A stretch of DNA of 63,148 nt, the filler included, from Squatina squatina (Eukaryota), in the NCBI GenBank assembly GCA_031763465.1. It is 3 parts of 3 records of this genome, joined end to end, with 100 filler letters (N's around TTAATTAATTAA, not from the genome) between each part and the next. Parts side by side here need not be neighbours in the genome. Positions count along the whole stretch, not along the records: positions 41,239 to 63,148 come from JARFOE010000115.1; 2 more parts are not named here. One strand, 5' to 3'. Shown piece by piece: positions 62,141 through 63,148 of the stretch. A model generated the notes under the pieces. It ran no database searches and was not told the origin of the DNA. It saw only the letters and a program-made list of their open reading frames with translations. Every line of letters starts with the position of its first letter. The first letter of the stretch is position 1. The position numbers and the translations under genes were made by a program.

Positions 62141-62800
62141 TGTATTTGAACTCTTGGTTGCTTTGTTCATTCGTTCCCTTCAGTGTCTTTCCATTGAGTA
62201 TATATTTCCATATCTTGTATTTCCTCTCAAAATACATTACTTCAGACATCTCCGTATGAGATTGCATCTGACAGCTGTCTGTCCATTCCGCTGACATGCC
62301 CATCTTCTGCTCAAGTGTTTTACATCACGTCCAACTCTTCTCTAATTCAAACATCACCCATTAATCCAAACCATTTGTTTACTGACAGCCAACAGTCTGT
62401 TCATGATTATGCCAGTCACCTGAATTTTTGTAATGGGTAATCTGGGAGATCTCTTGTCAAATATATTCTAAAATCAAGGCTGTCCTTGATTATCCTATAT
62501 TTTCATAAATGCTAAATAATTTGATCTCAAATCATGGACTCTAAGATGTGAGCCGAACTGATCTATAGTTAGCCAGTGTATCCTACTCTGGTTTAGGATT
62601 GAAAAATTGTGGTCAATGATAGTTGGGGAATTGCTTGCTTATAAAGTAGTACATTTTTCGAGTGATAAATACGGTTAACTTCCATTCAGATCACTTGATT
62701 TCCTTAGGCCCTGAGCTTCAGTTTTCGATCGCTTTGGAAAGCAAGATTGATTTAAATGTAAGACTTCTCTTCCACACTTAAATAGACCAACAATATGTCA
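62141..62800 (-). mobile_element. Decayed CR1 ORF2 fragments
   Basis: EWTDSCQMQ...SEVMYF.RK....YILNG.TL matches the CR1 W...WQM.FN..KC.V.HFG.KN...Y.LNG region. More degenerate pieces continue to ~62800. Confidence 0.6.
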
Positions 62801-63148
62801 GTGTGATGTCCATTATGTTAGTTTGTGGAGGGAGAAAAATATGCAGAAATGATTAACCAATATGTCTTGTACAGTATTTTAGTTTTACTTAAATATATTC
62901 GTCACTTCAGTTTTTCTGAAGGTATAGATTTTTGTGGCTTCTATGGTTTGAGCACTTTAGGCACTTGAGCTGAGATTTCATTTTATTCAATAAATTATTT
63001 TTCTTGCAGGCACTTTGTTGACGACTCATTCCCCAACTCCAGTAGCTCATCCCGTTTCCATGCCTGCTTATAGGACTCCAGGAACACCTACCTACAACTA
63101 TGTACCCTCGCAGTGGTGATCAACCAGTCACTGGAAATGCAAGTCTTT

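Noticed and set aside
1449-62303. Many ORF-track entries containing X runs
   Set aside because: Their length is inflated by N gaps and they are not evidence of coding sequence.

Overview
Eukaryotic DNA, very probably from a cartilaginous fish (shark): it carries SacSINE1-like Deu-domain SINEs, shark-type CR1/L2 LINE tails, Penelope fragments and Harbinger MITEs. The scaffold is fragmented, with dozens of placeholder N gaps, two of which contain an artificial TTAATTAATTAA spacer. Two spliced genes lie on the minus strand, both only partly visible. One is a B4GALNT4-like beta-1,4-GalNAc transferase (three exons at 732-872, 1728-1794 and 10619-10719). The other is PLEKHB2/evectin-2 (coding exons at 59588-59740 and 57921-58041, plus a likely non-coding first exon ending at 60760). 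Most of the rest is intron or intergenic DNA filled with decayed transposons. The most notable observations are an unidentified plus-strand terminal exon inside a B4GALNT intron, the unexpected B4GALNT4-like/PLEKHB2 neighbourhood, a ~3.25 kb Harbinger element that keeps only its spliced Myb/SANT gene and shares TAGCGCC subterminal motifs with local MITEs, a partial Penelope-type hammerhead-like motif, and a candidate alternative PLEKHB2 C-terminus. No prokaryotic features (CRISPR, operons) and no genuine tRNA or rRNA genes are supported. Family assignments rest on recalled sequences, not database searches, and repeat boundaries are approximate.
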